Numbered from the stretch's first letter, positions 37,886-47,715 are shown. The stretch is DNA of 64,000 nt from Candidatus Omnitrophota bacterium (GCA_028716965.1 JAQUOV010000004.1:8377-72376), one strand, 5' to 3'. Translations and numbers: made by a program. Notes: generated by a model from the sequence alone, not told the origin.

Positions 37886-39157
37886 ATGTTTATATTGTAT
37901 GATTTTATATTTTTAATCTTCGCGCTACTTTACCTGCCGGTATATTTATTCAAAGGCAAGTTTCATCGCGGTTTCTTAAGGCGGCTGGGGTTTTTGCCCG
38001 ACGGTTTAGAGTTGGACAGGCCTATCTGGATCCATGCGGTAAGCGTAGGGGAGGCTGTCTCAATAAAAGGGCTGGCCGGCGGGTTAAGAAAGGCATATCC
38101 CGGCAAGAAGTTAGTCATCTCTACCGTCACTGCCACAGGCAATAAGATTGCCGCGGGATTAACTGTTGAAGGCGACCTCTTGACCTATCTTCCTTTGGAT
38201 TTTAGCTTTATCGTAAGAAAAGTAATAAAGAAGGTCAACCCTTGTTTGTTTATCATCGCGGAAACGGAGATCTGGCCGAATTTAATCACCTGCCTGCATA
38301 AACAGAAGATCCCGGTATTTACGGTTAACGGCCGGATATCGGACGGCTCTTATTCCGGATACCGCGCGGTAAGATTTTTGATCGGGCCGATCTTACGCAA
38401 GATCAGGCAGTTCTGCGTGCAATCGGATGTTGATGCAGCGCGGTTAAGAAGCCTGGGCGTAGATGGAGAGAATATCCAGGTTACCGGGAACGTAAAATTT
38501 GACATTGATCTTGAGACTGCCGCAGGTTTTGATGCGCAGGCGTTCCGGCAGAAACTCTGGCTGGGTTTAGATGAGAAATTATGGGTCTGCGGCAGCACGC
38601 ATCCGCATGAAGAAGAATTGATTATTGAGGCCTACAAAAAGATTCTGCCTGCTTTTCCCAAGTTGAAACTTCTTCTTGCGCCGAGGCATCCTGAGCGCAG
38701 CGGCGATGTAGGCAGATTAGTTTCGGAAAATCATTTTATGCCGGTATTCATCTCAAGTATATCCGGTGCATGCCCTACCTGCATAAATAGCCCCGTCTTT
38801 ATCCTTGATCTGATGGGGGAGCTGCCGGATTATTATTCCGCCGCGGATATTGTTTTTGTCGGCGGCAGCCTGGTTAAGACAGGTGGACACAATATCCTTG
38901 AGCCGTCCAGCCTGAAGAAGCCGGTATTCTTCGGCCCGTATATGTTTAATTTCCGGGATATCAGCCGCCTGTTCGTAGAAAATAAAGCCGGTATTATGGT
39001 AGGTGATGCCGATGATCTGGTAATCAAGATGAAAGAGGTATTAGGCAGCAGCCTGCTGGCTAAACAGCTGGGCGGGCGTGCGTATGATTTGATTGCCAGT
39101 AACAGGGGCGCAACCGGAAGAAATATTGGGGTGATCAGGCGGTTTGTGCCGGGATAA
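37886..39157 (+). CDS. waaA: 3-deoxy-D-manno-octulosonic acid (Kdo) transferase
   Basis: 423 aa. N-terminal membrane anchor, IWIHAVSVGE motif, GT-B fold typical of KdtA/WaaA. Confidence 0.85.
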   Translation: MFILYDFIFLIFALLYLPVYLFKGKFHRGFLRRLGFLPDGLELDRPIWIHAVSVGEAVSIKGLAGGLRKAYPGKKLVISTVTATGNKIAAGLTVEGDLLTYLPLDFSFIVRKVIKKVNPCLFIIAETEIWPNLITCLHKQKIPVFTVNGRISDGSYSGYRAVRFLIGPILRKIRQFCVQSDVDAARLRSLGVDGENIQVTGNVKFDIDLETAAGFDAQAFRQKLWLGLDEKLWVCGSTHPHEEELIIEAYKKILPAFPKLKLLLAPRHPERSGDVGRLVSENHFMPVFISSISGACPTCINSPVFILDLMGELPDYYSAADIVFVGGSLVKTGGHNILEPSSLKKPVFFGPYMFNFRDISRLFVENKAGIMVGDADDLVIKMKEVLGSSLLAKQLGGRAYDLIASNRGATGRNIGVIRRFVPG

Positions 39158-39169
39158 AAAGGAGATAAA

Positions 39170-39640
39170 ATGCCGGAGGATATTTATTTGACCCAGGAAG
39201 GTTATGAGAAGTTAGTTAACGAGCTGGAGTATTTAAAGACAGTTAAACGCCGGCAGCTTTCTAAGGCGGTAGGGGATGCCCGCTCGCACGGAGATATCAG
39301 CGAGAATGCCGAGTATGACGCGGCAAAAGATGCCCAGGGGCATAATGAAAAACATATCGCGGAGCTGGAAGAAAAACTTTCGCGGGTGCGCATACTGGAT
39401 AAAGATATGCCCCGGGACCAGGTCCTTATCGGGGCAAAAGTAAAACTGGTTGATCTGGACACAGAAGAGGAGATGGAGTATACGCTGGTTTCAGAGCTTG
39501 AGGCCGACTATAATCAAAATAAGATTTCTGTCACCTCTCCGGTGGGAGAGGGTTTGTTGGGGCATAAGGAGAATGAGACAGTAGAGATAAAGGTCCCGGC
39601 AGGCCTCTTGAAATATAAAATAATCAAGATATCGCGTTAG
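39170..39640 (+). CDS. greA: Transcription elongation factor GreA
   Basis: 156 aa. N-terminal coiled-coil with DxSENAEYDAAK and C-terminal FKBP-like domain. Confidence 0.9.
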   Translation: MPEDIYLTQEGYEKLVNELEYLKTVKRRQLSKAVGDARSHGDISENAEYDAAKDAQGHNEKHIAELEEKLSRVRILDKDMPRDQVLIGAKVKLVDLDTEEEMEYTLVSELEADYNQNKISVTSPVGEGLLGHKENETVEIKVPAGLLKYKIIKISR

Positions 39641-39646
39641 GTGCTT

Positions 39647-40084
39647 ATGGAAAAGTTTATGCGGGAGGCAATTAGGGAGGCCAGGAAAAGCCTTATTGAA
39701 GAGGGTATCCCCATCGGGGCGGTACTGGTAAAGGATGGCGTAATTATTGCCAGGGGCCATAACAGGCGCATACAAAAGAATTCCGCGATCCTGCACGCGG
39801 AGATGGATTGCCTGGAGAATGCCGGCAGATTAAAAAGCGCAGATTACAAAAAATGCGTTATTTATTCCACGCTTTCGCCCTGCGATATGTGCATGGGGGC
39901 AATACTGCTTTATAAAATACCTAAGGTGGTAATCGGCGAAAATAAAACTTTCAAAGGGCCTGAGAGTTACGCCAGAAAAAGAGGGGTAAAGATTATCAAC
40001 CTGGATTCTGCGGATTGCAAAGATTTGATGCGGCAGTTTATCAAAAACCGCCCTAAATTATGGGATGAAGATATAGGAGAATAG
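39647..40084 (+). CDS. CDA-fold nucleoside deaminase, yeast Fcy1-like cytosine deaminase type
   Basis: Motifs HAEMDCLEN and TLSPCDMCMGAIL. C-terminal KDLMRQFIKNRPKLWDEDIGE closely parallels the Fcy1 C-terminal helix. Confidence 0.75.
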   Translation: MEKFMREAIREARKSLIEEGIPIGAVLVKDGVIIARGHNRRIQKNSAILHAEMDCLENAGRLKSADYKKCVIYSTLSPCDMCMGAILLYKIPKVVIGENKTFKGPESYARKRGVKIINLDSADCKDLMRQFIKNRPKLWDEDIGE

Positions 40085-40087
40085 CCT

Positions 40088-40261
40088 GTGGCAATTGAAA
40101 AGATCGGGCATCTGAAAGTCCAGATTTTTAAGATTAAGAACCGCCGGGGGTATGCGGCTGTCTGCTTTGACCATCTTACGGAAGGCAAGTCGGCGCAGGA
40201 GGCTTATGCGCGCATGGTCAAGGCCTTGCGCCGCAGCAGCAATATCGAGAAAGGCTTTTAA
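40088..40261 (+). CDS. Possible small protein (57 aa, GTG start), hypothetical
   Basis: Open frame VAIEKIGHLKVQIFKIKNRRGYAAVCFDHLTEGKSAQEAYARMVKALRRSSNIEKGF in the gap between two + strand genes. Not in the provided ORF track (below 60 aa). Confidence 0.3.
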   Translation: MAIEKIGHLKVQIFKIKNRRGYAAVCFDHLTEGKSAQEAYARMVKALRRSSNIEKGF

Positions 40262-40269
40262 TAAGAGCA

Positions 40270-40695
40270 ATGTTTAAACCTAAGAAACAATGTTTGAACT
40301 GTATGGCCAGGACCAGGTGCAGGGATACCGCTGTTTCCTGGCTGTTCCTCTTTATAGGGATAATGGCGACGATCTCCATAAGGGTGATAAACCTTGTTTT
40401 ATCATTTGGGCCATTCTGGCCGAAGTTTTTCTGGTATTTAGGCGTAGCAGGGTTCTTTTTGTATTTTCTTTATAAATTCAGGCAGGACAAGGTATTGCGC
40501 CGGGAACTGGAAAAATACCAGATCCATAATAAGATTTCAAATACCCAGGTTTTAGATAGCCAGGACAGGGAATTTTTGCGCACCATGCTCTGCCGCCTGC
40601 GTTCAAACAAAGATGCCATAAATTATTTTTTCATTTTCAGCAGTTCAGCTATTGTGATGGTCCTGGCGCTTTATCAGGATTTTATCAGAAGATAA
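40270..40695 (+). CDS. Hypothetical membrane protein
   Basis: 141 aa, three predicted TM helices, N-terminal Cys-rich segment CLNCMARTRC. Confidence 0.45.
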   Translation: MFKPKKQCLNCMARTRCRDTAVSWLFLFIGIMATISIRVINLVLSFGPFWPKFFWYLGVAGFFLYFLYKFRQDKVLRRELEKYQIHNKISNTQVLDSQDREFLRTMLCRLRSNKDAINYFFIFSSSAIVMVLALYQDFIRR

Positions 40696-40699
40696 AGAA

Positions 40700-41614
40700 A
40701 TGAAGATCAAATATTGGGTTTTGCTTTCGCGCGCCCCGTTCTTAAGCGTGGTTATCCTGCCGTTTGTTTTGGGCACGCTGCTGGCGCAGCGCCTTACGGG
40801 AAAATTTAACCCGGCAATCTTCTTCTTAGGATTATCAGGTGCTATACTTATACAATTATCCGCCCACTATAGCGGAGAGGTTTATGATCTAAAAGAAGAC
40901 CGCCTGGCCGGGGCTTTAGGCAAAAGCCAGTTTAGCGGCGGCAGCCAGGTACTGGTGGATAATTTAATCCCCGGGGGAAAAGTAAAGGCTTTAATATATG
41001 CGGTTATTGCGCTGGCCCTGGCAATAGGGGCGATCCTGCAGTTTTATTTTAAAACCGGGGGATCTACTCTCCTCTTGGGCATTTCAGGGATGATCTGCGC
41101 TTTATTCTATTCTAAGCCTCCGTTGCGCTGGGTAAGCCGTGGTTTAGGCGAGATTTTAATTGCCTATAGCTTCGGCCTTTTAGCCGTAAATACCGCATTC
41201 TATATCCAGGTTTCCAGGTTTGATATTTCAGCTCTTTTCATATCCCTGCCTATTGCTTTTTCCGTGGCAAATATAATATTGATTAATGAATACCCGCATT
41301 ACCGGGCGGATAAAGAGGCAGGCAAAGAGAATCTATTGGTGCGCATAGGAAAAGAAAAAGGGGCTTTTCTTTATACATTGCTTGTTGTCTGCGCGGGGGC
41401 AGCTTTTTGCCTGGCTTTGACCAAGTCCCTGCCTATGGAGAGCGCCTTATTTTATTTCCCGGTATTAATTACTGCCGTGATCCTGGCATATTTAATGCTT
41501 AGAGGCGCATATGAAAATAGGCTCTTGCTTGAAAGAATGTGCGCGATGACTATCCTGGTTAATTTAGGGACTTGTTTTTCTTGTATATTGGGGTTATTGA
41601 TAAGCAAGGCATGA
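40700..41614 (+). CDS. UbiA-family prenyltransferase (MenA-like)
   Basis: 304 aa polytopic membrane protein. UbiA-type Asp-rich region (YDLKEDRLAG) and NEYPHYRADKEAGK second motif. Confidence 0.75.
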   Translation: MKIKYWVLLSRAPFLSVVILPFVLGTLLAQRLTGKFNPAIFFLGLSGAILIQLSAHYSGEVYDLKEDRLAGALGKSQFSGGSQVLVDNLIPGGKVKALIYAVIALALAIGAILQFYFKTGGSTLLLGISGMICALFYSKPPLRWVSRGLGEILIAYSFGLLAVNTAFYIQVSRFDISALFISLPIAFSVANIILINEYPHYRADKEAGKENLLVRIGKEKGAFLYTLLVVCAGAAFCLALTKSLPMESALFYFPVLITAVILAYLMLRGAYENRLLLERMCAMTILVNLGTCFSCILGLLISKA

Positions 41615-41997
41615 TGAAGATCACCGGTTTCAGGTTAATTATACTTATTTTGCCGCTTGCTTTATTCACCATGGCTTTCGCAGAAGGAGATTTTTCCCGC
41701 GAATTCAAAATTATACGCCTCCCCCAGGGGAAGAGCATGACCATAGATTTGAAGTCTAATCCCGCAACCGGATACAGCTGGCGCTTAGCCGCAATATCGG
41801 ATAAAGGCGTGCTTGAGTTTCTGAAAAAAGAGTTTTTCCCGGCCGAAGAAAAACTTTTAGGCGCGGGGGGCGTAGAAAAGTGGAGTTTTAAGACGCTTAA
41901 AAGCGGCAAGGCAACTGTTGTTTTTGAATATGCGCGCGAATGGGAAAAGGATGCGCCGCCGGCGAAGAAAGAGGAGTTTAGTATTTTTGTAAAATGA
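41611..41997 (+). CDS. Chagasin-family protease inhibitor I42, secreted
   Basis: Signal peptide MMKITGFRLIILILPLALFTMAFA; chagasin loop motif NPATGYSW. Confidence 0.7.
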   Translation: MMKITGFRLIILILPLALFTMAFAEGDFSREFKIIRLPQGKSMTIDLKSNPATGYSWRLAAISDKGVLEFLKKEFFPAEEKLLGAGGVEKWSFKTLKSGKATVVFEYAREWEKDAPPAKKEEFSIFVK

Positions 41998-42041
41998 AGC
42001 CTGCGGGCTAATGTCCGGGTTAACTTTCGGGGCAGGTTAAT

Positions 42042-42518
42042 ATGAAAACTAATGATAAAAAATTTATGCGCCTGGCGATCGAAAAGGCCAGGGATGGCAT
42101 AAGCAAAGGCCAGACGCCGTTTGGCGCCTGTATCGTAAAAGGGAACAAGGTCATCTCTTGTTGTCATAACCTTGTTTGGAAAAATACCGATATTACCGGC
42201 CATGCCGAAATAACGGCAATCCGCCAGGCCTGCAAAAAGCTTAAAAAAGTTGACCTCTCCGGTTGTGTTATCTATTCCACATGCGAGCCTTGCCCGATGT
42301 GTTTTGCGGCATGCCATTGGGCAAGGGTCAGAAGGGTTGTTTTCGGCTGCGCGATTAAAGATGCGAAGGGTTATGGTTTTAATGAATTGCAGGTTTCTAA
42401 CCGGCAATTAAAACTTCTGGCAAAAAGCAAGGTCAGGATCACCGCGGGAGTATTACTGGAGGAGAATATCGGGCTTTTTAATCTCTGGAAGGCGCAGGCA
42501 AAGCCCAGGGCTTATTAA
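42042..42518 (+). CDS. CDA-fold deaminase (tRNA adenosine deaminase TadA / guanine deaminase type)
   Basis: 158 aa. HAEITAIRQA and CEPCPMCFAACHWARVRRVVFG zinc-binding motifs. Confidence 0.75.
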   Translation: MKTNDKKFMRLAIEKARDGISKGQTPFGACIVKGNKVISCCHNLVWKNTDITGHAEITAIRQACKKLKKVDLSGCVIYSTCEPCPMCFAACHWARVRRVVFGCAIKDAKGYGFNELQVSNRQLKLLAKSKVRITAGVLLEENIGLFNLWKAQAKPRAY

Positions 42519-42572
42519 CGAAGATTGTAATATATTCCCGGGCGTGTTAATATAGAGAAAGTGAGGGGATAA

Positions 42573-42956
42573 ATGTATAAGGTGGAGGTTGTGCATAAAC
42601 AGGACCTGGCCTTCAGTGTAAAGTCAGGCGAAAGCGAATTCTTGGTGGATGCAAAAGGCAATGGGTTGACCCCTTTGCATGCGCTGCTGGCCGGTTTAGG
42701 CAGTTGTGTCGGAGTTTATATCCGCAAATATGCCGAAGGCTCAAAGTTGAACCTGGAAAATTTCGAGGTTAATGTTTCTGCGGAGCTTTCTAAGGAATCT
42801 CCTTTGTCTTTCAGGCAGATCAGTGTGGGGATAGATTTAAAATCCTCTCTGGCCGATGAACGCAGGCAGAAGGCGCTGCTTGAGTTTATCAAAAACTGCC
42901 CCGTGCATAATACTTTGAAGATAAACCCGCTTATTGAATTTAAATTGATATGTTAG
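42573..42956 (+). CDS. OsmC/Ohr family peroxiredoxin-like protein
   Basis: 127 aa. LAGLGSCVG motif with the conserved Cys pair (second in CPVHNTL). Confidence 0.75.
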   Translation: MYKVEVVHKQDLAFSVKSGESEFLVDAKGNGLTPLHALLAGLGSCVGVYIRKYAEGSKLNLENFEVNVSAELSKESPLSFRQISVGIDLKSSLADERRQKALLEFIKNCPVHNTLKINPLIEFKLIC

Positions 42957-43672
42957 AGATAAAGATAAGGCAGAATAGCAATATCATTATCCTGGATTTA
43001 TCCGGCCGTGTAGATGCCAATTCCGCAAAACTGGTGGAGATAGTCGGCCAGTGCCTGCGTGAAGGGTATGCGGATATCCTCTGTAATTTAGAGGAGGTGG
43101 AGAGTATTGATTATATCGGTATCTCGGTGCTGGTTATCGCCTATAAAGAGGTGGTTAATAACCGCGGGAGAATGAAATTCATGAATATCCCCATACATCT
43201 CAGGGGGGTGTTTACGGTTTCCGGAATGGATAGGGCCATTGAGATTTACGCTACGGAAGAGTCGGCATTGAATAGTTTTAAGGAAGATAAGGTGATTGAA
43301 GGCATCAAGAAGATGCAGCTTCGCCGCAGGTTCAAGCGCCTGCCCATTGATTTAAAAATAGAGTTAAAATCTAAAACCTCCGGTCAGCCAAGCTGCCTTA
43401 AGGTTGATATATTAAATTTAAGCGCCGTAGGCGCCTTTATATTCGGTTGCGATAAGTTCAAGCTCGGCGACGAATTAATACTTAACATGAAACTGGCGCC
43501 CAGAGAGGAAGAGCTTGTGCTTGACGCATCCGTAGTATGGATCCCGGATAAAGAGGTCCAGCCGCACGAGTATCCGGGTATCGGCGTAGAGTTCCGTAAC
43601 CTCTCTGCCGAAACTCAGCAAAAGCTGATTGATTTCATCGAACGTAACCTTTCCTTTATGTCCTCTGATTGA
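42950..43672 (+). CDS. STAS domain (anti-sigma-antagonist-like) fused to PilZ domain
   Basis: N-terminal STAS pattern IIILDLSGRVDANSA...VESIDYIGISVLV. C-terminal RRFKRLPID...DxSxxG-like segment (DILNLSAVGAFIF) typical of PilZ c-di-GMP receptors. Confidence 0.6.
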   Translation: MLEIKIRQNSNIIILDLSGRVDANSAKLVEIVGQCLREGYADILCNLEEVESIDYIGISVLVIAYKEVVNNRGRMKFMNIPIHLRGVFTVSGMDRAIEIYATEESALNSFKEDKVIEGIKKMQLRRRFKRLPIDLKIELKSKTSGQPSCLKVDILNLSAVGAFIFGCDKFKLGDELILNMKLAPREEELVLDASVVWIPDKEVQPHEYPGIGVEFRNLSAETQQKLIDFIERNLSFMSSD

Positions 43673-43682
43673 TTATTGATAT

Positions 43683-44339
43683 ATGAAAAAGCTGAAAATA
43701 AGGCCGCGGGCAATTATTTTTGACATGGACGGGGTAATTGTTGATTCCATGCCTTATCACTTTATCGCCTGGTATGAGGCTTTAAGGCCATGGGGGGTGC
43801 GGGTAAGCTGTTTTGAGGTTTACATGCAGGAAGGGGAGCGTTGGGAAGCTACCCTTAAGGGGCTGCTAAGGCGCGCAAAGATCAAACCGACCAAGAAAAT
43901 CTTAAAGGCAATATTCAGCCTGCGCCAGAAGGTATTCAGGCGTTATTTCAAGCGTTATATCTTTCATGGCGCTTATGAATTATTGGTTGCATTAAAAAAA
44001 CAGGGTTTCAGGCTGGGATTAGTTACGGGAAGCCCGCTCAACGAGATAAAAAGTATCCTGCCTGTTAAGCTGCGCAGGGTTTTTAACGCCGTAGTAGCCG
44101 GCAACCAGGTTAAAAAAGGTAAGCCTCATCCTGAACCTTATCTTAAGGCAGCCGGATTATTGGGGCTTGAACCGGGAACCTGTTTGGTTGTAGAGAACGC
44201 TCCCCTCGGTATAGCTTCAGCTAAACAGGCAGGGATGCCGTGTATAGCTGTTTCCACCAGCCTGCCTAAAGAGTATTTGTCCGGTGCGGATATAGTTGTC
44301 AGCCAACTCGCTCAGATCTCCAGTTACATCCCGCTTTAA
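43683..44339 (+). CDS. HAD-superfamily hydrolase (beta-phosphoglucomutase-like subfamily IA)
   Basis: Motif I IIFDMDGVIVDS, motif II LVTGS, motif IV region with conserved D. Confidence 0.75.
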   Translation: MKKLKIRPRAIIFDMDGVIVDSMPYHFIAWYEALRPWGVRVSCFEVYMQEGERWEATLKGLLRRAKIKPTKKILKAIFSLRQKVFRRYFKRYIFHGAYELLVALKKQGFRLGLVTGSPLNEIKSILPVKLRRVFNAVVAGNQVKKGKPHPEPYLKAAGLLGLEPGTCLVVENAPLGIASAKQAGMPCIAVSTSLPKEYLSGADIVVSQLAQISSYIPL

Positions 44340-44454
44340 TTACATATCTTATTGGTATTCTTGCGTTTTAATCTTTGAAACCATTTGCTTGGATACGCCT
44401 TATGTGATAATATACTTTTTTAAAGAACCCTTATTCGGAGAGAGGAGCAGGAGT

Positions 44455-44727
44455 ATGGATTGGAAGATTTTCTTGGCTACTTTTGGCGCAGTATTCTTTG
44501 CGGAATTAGCGGATAAGACCCAGTTGGTGGGTATCGGCATGGCAGCTAAGACCGGTAAGCCCGTTTCTGTCTGGTTAGGTTCAGTATCGGCCTATGTTAT
44601 TGTCACGTTGATCTCGGTTTTCCTGGGATCTGTTTTAGCCAAATTTATCCGGCCCGAGCTGGTGCGTTATATAGGCGCATCCCTGTTTATTATTATCGGG
44701 TTTTTGATGCTTTTTAAGGCAATTTAA
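44455..44727 (+). CDS. UPF0016 (Gdt1/TMEM165-like) cation transporter half-unit
   Basis: Start ATG 44455 after GGAGCAGGAG. Signature ELADKTQL (E-x-G/A-D-K-T); three TM helices (single-repeat form). Confidence 0.65.
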   Translation: MDWKIFLATFGAVFFAELADKTQLVGIGMAAKTGKPVSVWLGSVSAYVIVTLISVFLGSVLAKFIRPELVRYIGASLFIIIGFLMLFKAI

Positions 44728-44735
44728 TATTCATT

Positions 44736-45797
44736 ATGTCTTTATCAAGAGATTATTTGTATGATTTAGTTACCTGTAAGGCAAAAGGGCCGTTGGCGGC
44801 GCTTTTAAGAGGTTTGTTGTTTTTATTTTCCTTGCTTTATGGGCTGGCTGTGGTTATCCTGGCGGGTTTTTATAAGCTGCGTCCGGCGCATGTTAGTTGC
44901 AAAGTAATCAGCGTAGGCAATATTACTTTGGGCGGCACAGGGAAGACTGCCCTTGTGGAATATTTGGCGGCTAAGTTAAGCAGGAAAGGGATCAAAGTGG
45001 CGGTGCTCACCCGGGGATATAAAAGAAACGTAAAGCTCCCGGGGATGCAGGGCATGGGTGATGAGCCGCAGATGCTGCAAAAGAAACTTCCGCAGGTACC
45101 AGTGGTTGTAGATAAGGACAGGTTGAGGGCGGCAGGTCAGGCAATCAAAGATTATGCCGCCGATGCCCTGATCCTGGACGACGGTATGCAGCAGTGGAGG
45201 ATATTCAAAGATTTGGAGTTTATAACGATTGATGCCGGGAATCCTTTTGGCAATTATCGCTTGCTTCCGGCAGGTTTTTTACGCCAGCCGCTGGGTGCAT
45301 TAAGGCATTCAGAGATATTTGTTTTGACCCAGGTTAACCCCGGGCAGGATACAACAGCCCTTACGGAGAGGTTAAAGCAGATTAATCCCCGCGCCTTGAT
45401 TGCGGAATCAAGACATAAGCCCGAGGGCTTTAGCAAGCTGGGCAGCCCGGGTGAAATTTTAAGCGTGGACAGCTTTAAGGGTGTATCTGCGGTAGTCTTC
45501 TCGGGGATTGGCAGCCCACAGGCGTTTGAAGATACGGTCCGCTGGCTGGGAATTGGTGTAGCCCGGGCTTTAAGGTTTGCCGATCATCATGATTATACGG
45601 AGACGGATTTAGAAGGCATTATCGGATGCGCAAAAAAAATGTGTTTGGATACGATTATTACAACTGAAAAGGATGCCGTAAAGATCGCCAGGCTTAAATT
45701 TGGCCGCTCGCGCATATTTTCTTTGAACATCAAACTGGTTATAACTAAAAATGAAGCAGAATTTGATCGCCGATTACTTAAGCTGTTTTCTCTTTAG
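44736..45797 (+). CDS. lpxK: Tetraacyldisaccharide 4'-kinase
   Basis: 353 aa. N-terminal TM and P-loop VGNITLGGTGKT typical of LpxK. Confidence 0.85.
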   Translation: MSLSRDYLYDLVTCKAKGPLAALLRGLLFLFSLLYGLAVVILAGFYKLRPAHVSCKVISVGNITLGGTGKTALVEYLAAKLSRKGIKVAVLTRGYKRNVKLPGMQGMGDEPQMLQKKLPQVPVVVDKDRLRAAGQAIKDYAADALILDDGMQQWRIFKDLEFITIDAGNPFGNYRLLPAGFLRQPLGALRHSEIFVLTQVNPGQDTTALTERLKQINPRALIAESRHKPEGFSKLGSPGEILSVDSFKGVSAVVFSGIGSPQAFEDTVRWLGIGVARALRFADHHDYTETDLEGIIGCAKKMCLDTIITTEKDAVKIARLKFGRSRIFSLNIKLVITKNEAEFDRRLLKLFSL

Positions 45798-47715
45798 GGC
45801 CGCAAGCCTCCTTACTTCTTTTCTGCCTTTAAATGTGAGCCTGTTTTTTGGCAGGAGGCTGGGGGACCTTATTTATTTCTTTGATGCCCGGCACCGCGGG
45901 ATCGCCTGCGCCAATATCAGGAGGGCCATAGTAATGAATAATGACTTCCTGCAGGCCCGCAAGATAACACGCAGGGCTTATCAGTCTTTTGGCCAGAACC
46001 TTATAGAGATTTCTTTTATCCCGCGCATAAATAAAAAATATCTTGATAAATTCATCCATATTGAAAACAGGCAGTATATTGATGAAGCCTTTAAAAGGGG
46101 CAAAGGGGTAATCTTTCTGGCTGCCCATGAAGGTAATTGGGAGCTTTCTAATATTATCTGTGCCAACCTGGGTTTTTCGTTTATCCTGTTTGTCCGCGAC
46201 CAGGGTTTCGTGCGGCTAAACGCCCTGCTTAATTCTTACCGGCTTAAGCAGGGCGCAAAGATTATCCATAAAAAAACCGGGCTGCGCCAGTTGATTGATG
46301 TGCTTGAAAGCAACCAATCCATAGGCATGACCGTTGACCAGGGGGGCAAGCACGGAGAGGTAGTGAATTTCTTTGGCAAATCCGCCTCGATGTCTACCGG
46401 TGCGGTGAAGCTGGCCCTGAAACATGACTGTTCCATAATCCCTGTTTTTTATACGCGCATAAAAGGGCCTCATACTAAAGTTATCCTGGATCAGGTTTAT
46501 ACGGTAAGCAAAAGCGGGGACCTGCAAAGGGACCTGCGCGATAACCTGGAGAGGCTGGTCAATATTTACGAGAAATATATCCGGCAATACCCCCACGAGT
46601 ATCTCTGGACTTATAAAATTTGGAAGTATGGCAAAGAAAAAGATATCCTCATTCTTTCCGACGGTAAGGCCGGGCACCTGCGCCAGTCTGAAAGCGTAGC
46701 TAAGTTAGCCAGCCGGAAATCAGCTGCCCGGGGGGTAAAGACTACTTTGTCTATTTGCGAAGTGAAATTCCGCACCAGCCTGCGCAGGTTTATATTCAGC
46801 CGGATGGTTGTACTATGCGGCAGGCATCAATACCATCTCTGCCTGCGTTATCTGCGCTATGCGCTGGAGGCAGCAAGCTGGCAGAGTTTGATCGGTTTCA
46901 AGCCCGATATTGTTATTTCCGCAGGGGGTAAATTGAGCGGGGTAAATTATATGCTGGCTAAAATAAACCAGGCTAAATCAATTGTCCTGATGCGTCCGGC
47001 AGCCCTAAACCCAAAGGGATTTGACCTGGCAATTATTCCCGAACACGATATGCCGCAGGGCCGTGGTTTGGCTTTCAGGAAAAATATAGTACTAACCGAA
47101 GGGGCGCTTAATTTGGTGGATGCGGATTATCTAAGAGAAAGGTCAGAGAGGCTGCAGCAGTCAGGTTTTTTGAAAGGGCCTTTGTTGAAACCCTGTATCG
47201 GAGTTTTGATCGGCGGCAATAGCAGGAAGTTTTCAATTACCCGGCAGGCGATAATAGAACTGGCAGGTCAAATCAAGGGGGCTGCTGAAAAGCTTGATGC
47301 GGATATCCTCTTATCCACCTCGCGCCGTACGCCGCCTGAAATAGAACAGCTGCTTAAAAATGAATTTGAAGCTTATCCGCGCTGCAGGCTTTTAATTATT
47401 GCCAATGAAAGAAATCATCCTGATGCCGTAGGCGGCATACTGGGGTTAAGCAGGGTAATTGTCAGTTCGCCGGAGAGCATCTCCATGATCTCCGAAGCGG
47501 TGGCGGCAGAAAGATATGTTATCGTATTTATGGCCTCCGGCCTTAGTATGAAGCATCGGCGTTTCTTGAAAAGTTTTCAGGACAAGAGGTATATATATAT
47601 AAAACAGGCTGGAGAGTTGTTTAGCTCCATTGAAGAGATATGGCAAAACCGTCCTGAGCTTAACTTTTCTGCGGATAACTCAAGGGTAAGCGCAGCTTTA
47701 GATAAAATACTATGA
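45751..47715 (+). CDS. Lipid A late acyltransferase (LpxL/HtrB family) fused to ELM1/DUF1022-like domain
   Basis: N-terminal half has the HX4D acyltransferase motif (AAHEGNWELS) and EYLWTYKIWKY motif of LpxL. C-terminal ~330 aa resembles the mitochondrial-fission ELM1 / DUF1022 glycosyltransferase-like family. Annotated start overlaps lpxK by 47 nt, so the true start may be later. Confidence 0.7.
   Translation: MKQNLIADYLSCFLFRAASLLTSFLPLNVSLFFGRRLGDLIYFFDARHRGIACANIRRAIVMNNDFLQARKITRRAYQSFGQNLIEISFIPRINKKYLDKFIHIENRQYIDEAFKRGKGVIFLAAHEGNWELSNIICANLGFSFILFVRDQGFVRLNALLNSYRLKQGAKIIHKKTGLRQLIDVLESNQSIGMTVDQGGKHGEVVNFFGKSASMSTGAVKLALKHDCSIIPVFYTRIKGPHTKVILDQVYTVSKSGDLQRDLRDNLERLVNIYEKYIRQYPHEYLWTYKIWKYGKEKDILILSDGKAGHLRQSESVAKLASRKSAARGVKTTLSICEVKFRTSLRRFIFSRMVVLCGRHQYHLCLRYLRYALEAASWQSLIGFKPDIVISAGGKLSGVNYMLAKINQAKSIVLMRPAALNPKGFDLAIIPEHDMPQGRGLAFRKNIVLTEGALNLVDADYLRERSERLQQSGFLKGPLLKPCIGVLIGGNSRKFSITRQAIIELAGQIKGAAEKLDADILLSTSRRTPPEIEQLLKNEFEAYPRCRLLIIANERNHPDAVGGILGLSRVIVSSPESISMISEAVAAERYVIVFMASGLSMKHRRFLKSFQDKRYIYIKQAGELFSSIEEIWQNRPELNFSADNSRVSAALDKIL

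Noticed and set aside
40058-40270. Minus-strand 70-aa ORF between the Fcy1-like deaminase and the membrane protein
   Set aside because: It overlaps a + strand 57-codon GTG ORF with a more protein-like sequence and consistent orientation with the operon. Neither is certain; the minus ORF is judged spurious.
44340-44454. yybP-ykoY (manganese) riboswitch expected upstream of the UPF0016/Gdt1-like transporter
   Set aside because: Only a weak GGAGAG match. The conserved GGGGAGTAG / TTGAC / CGCCAAC elements of the riboswitch are not present.
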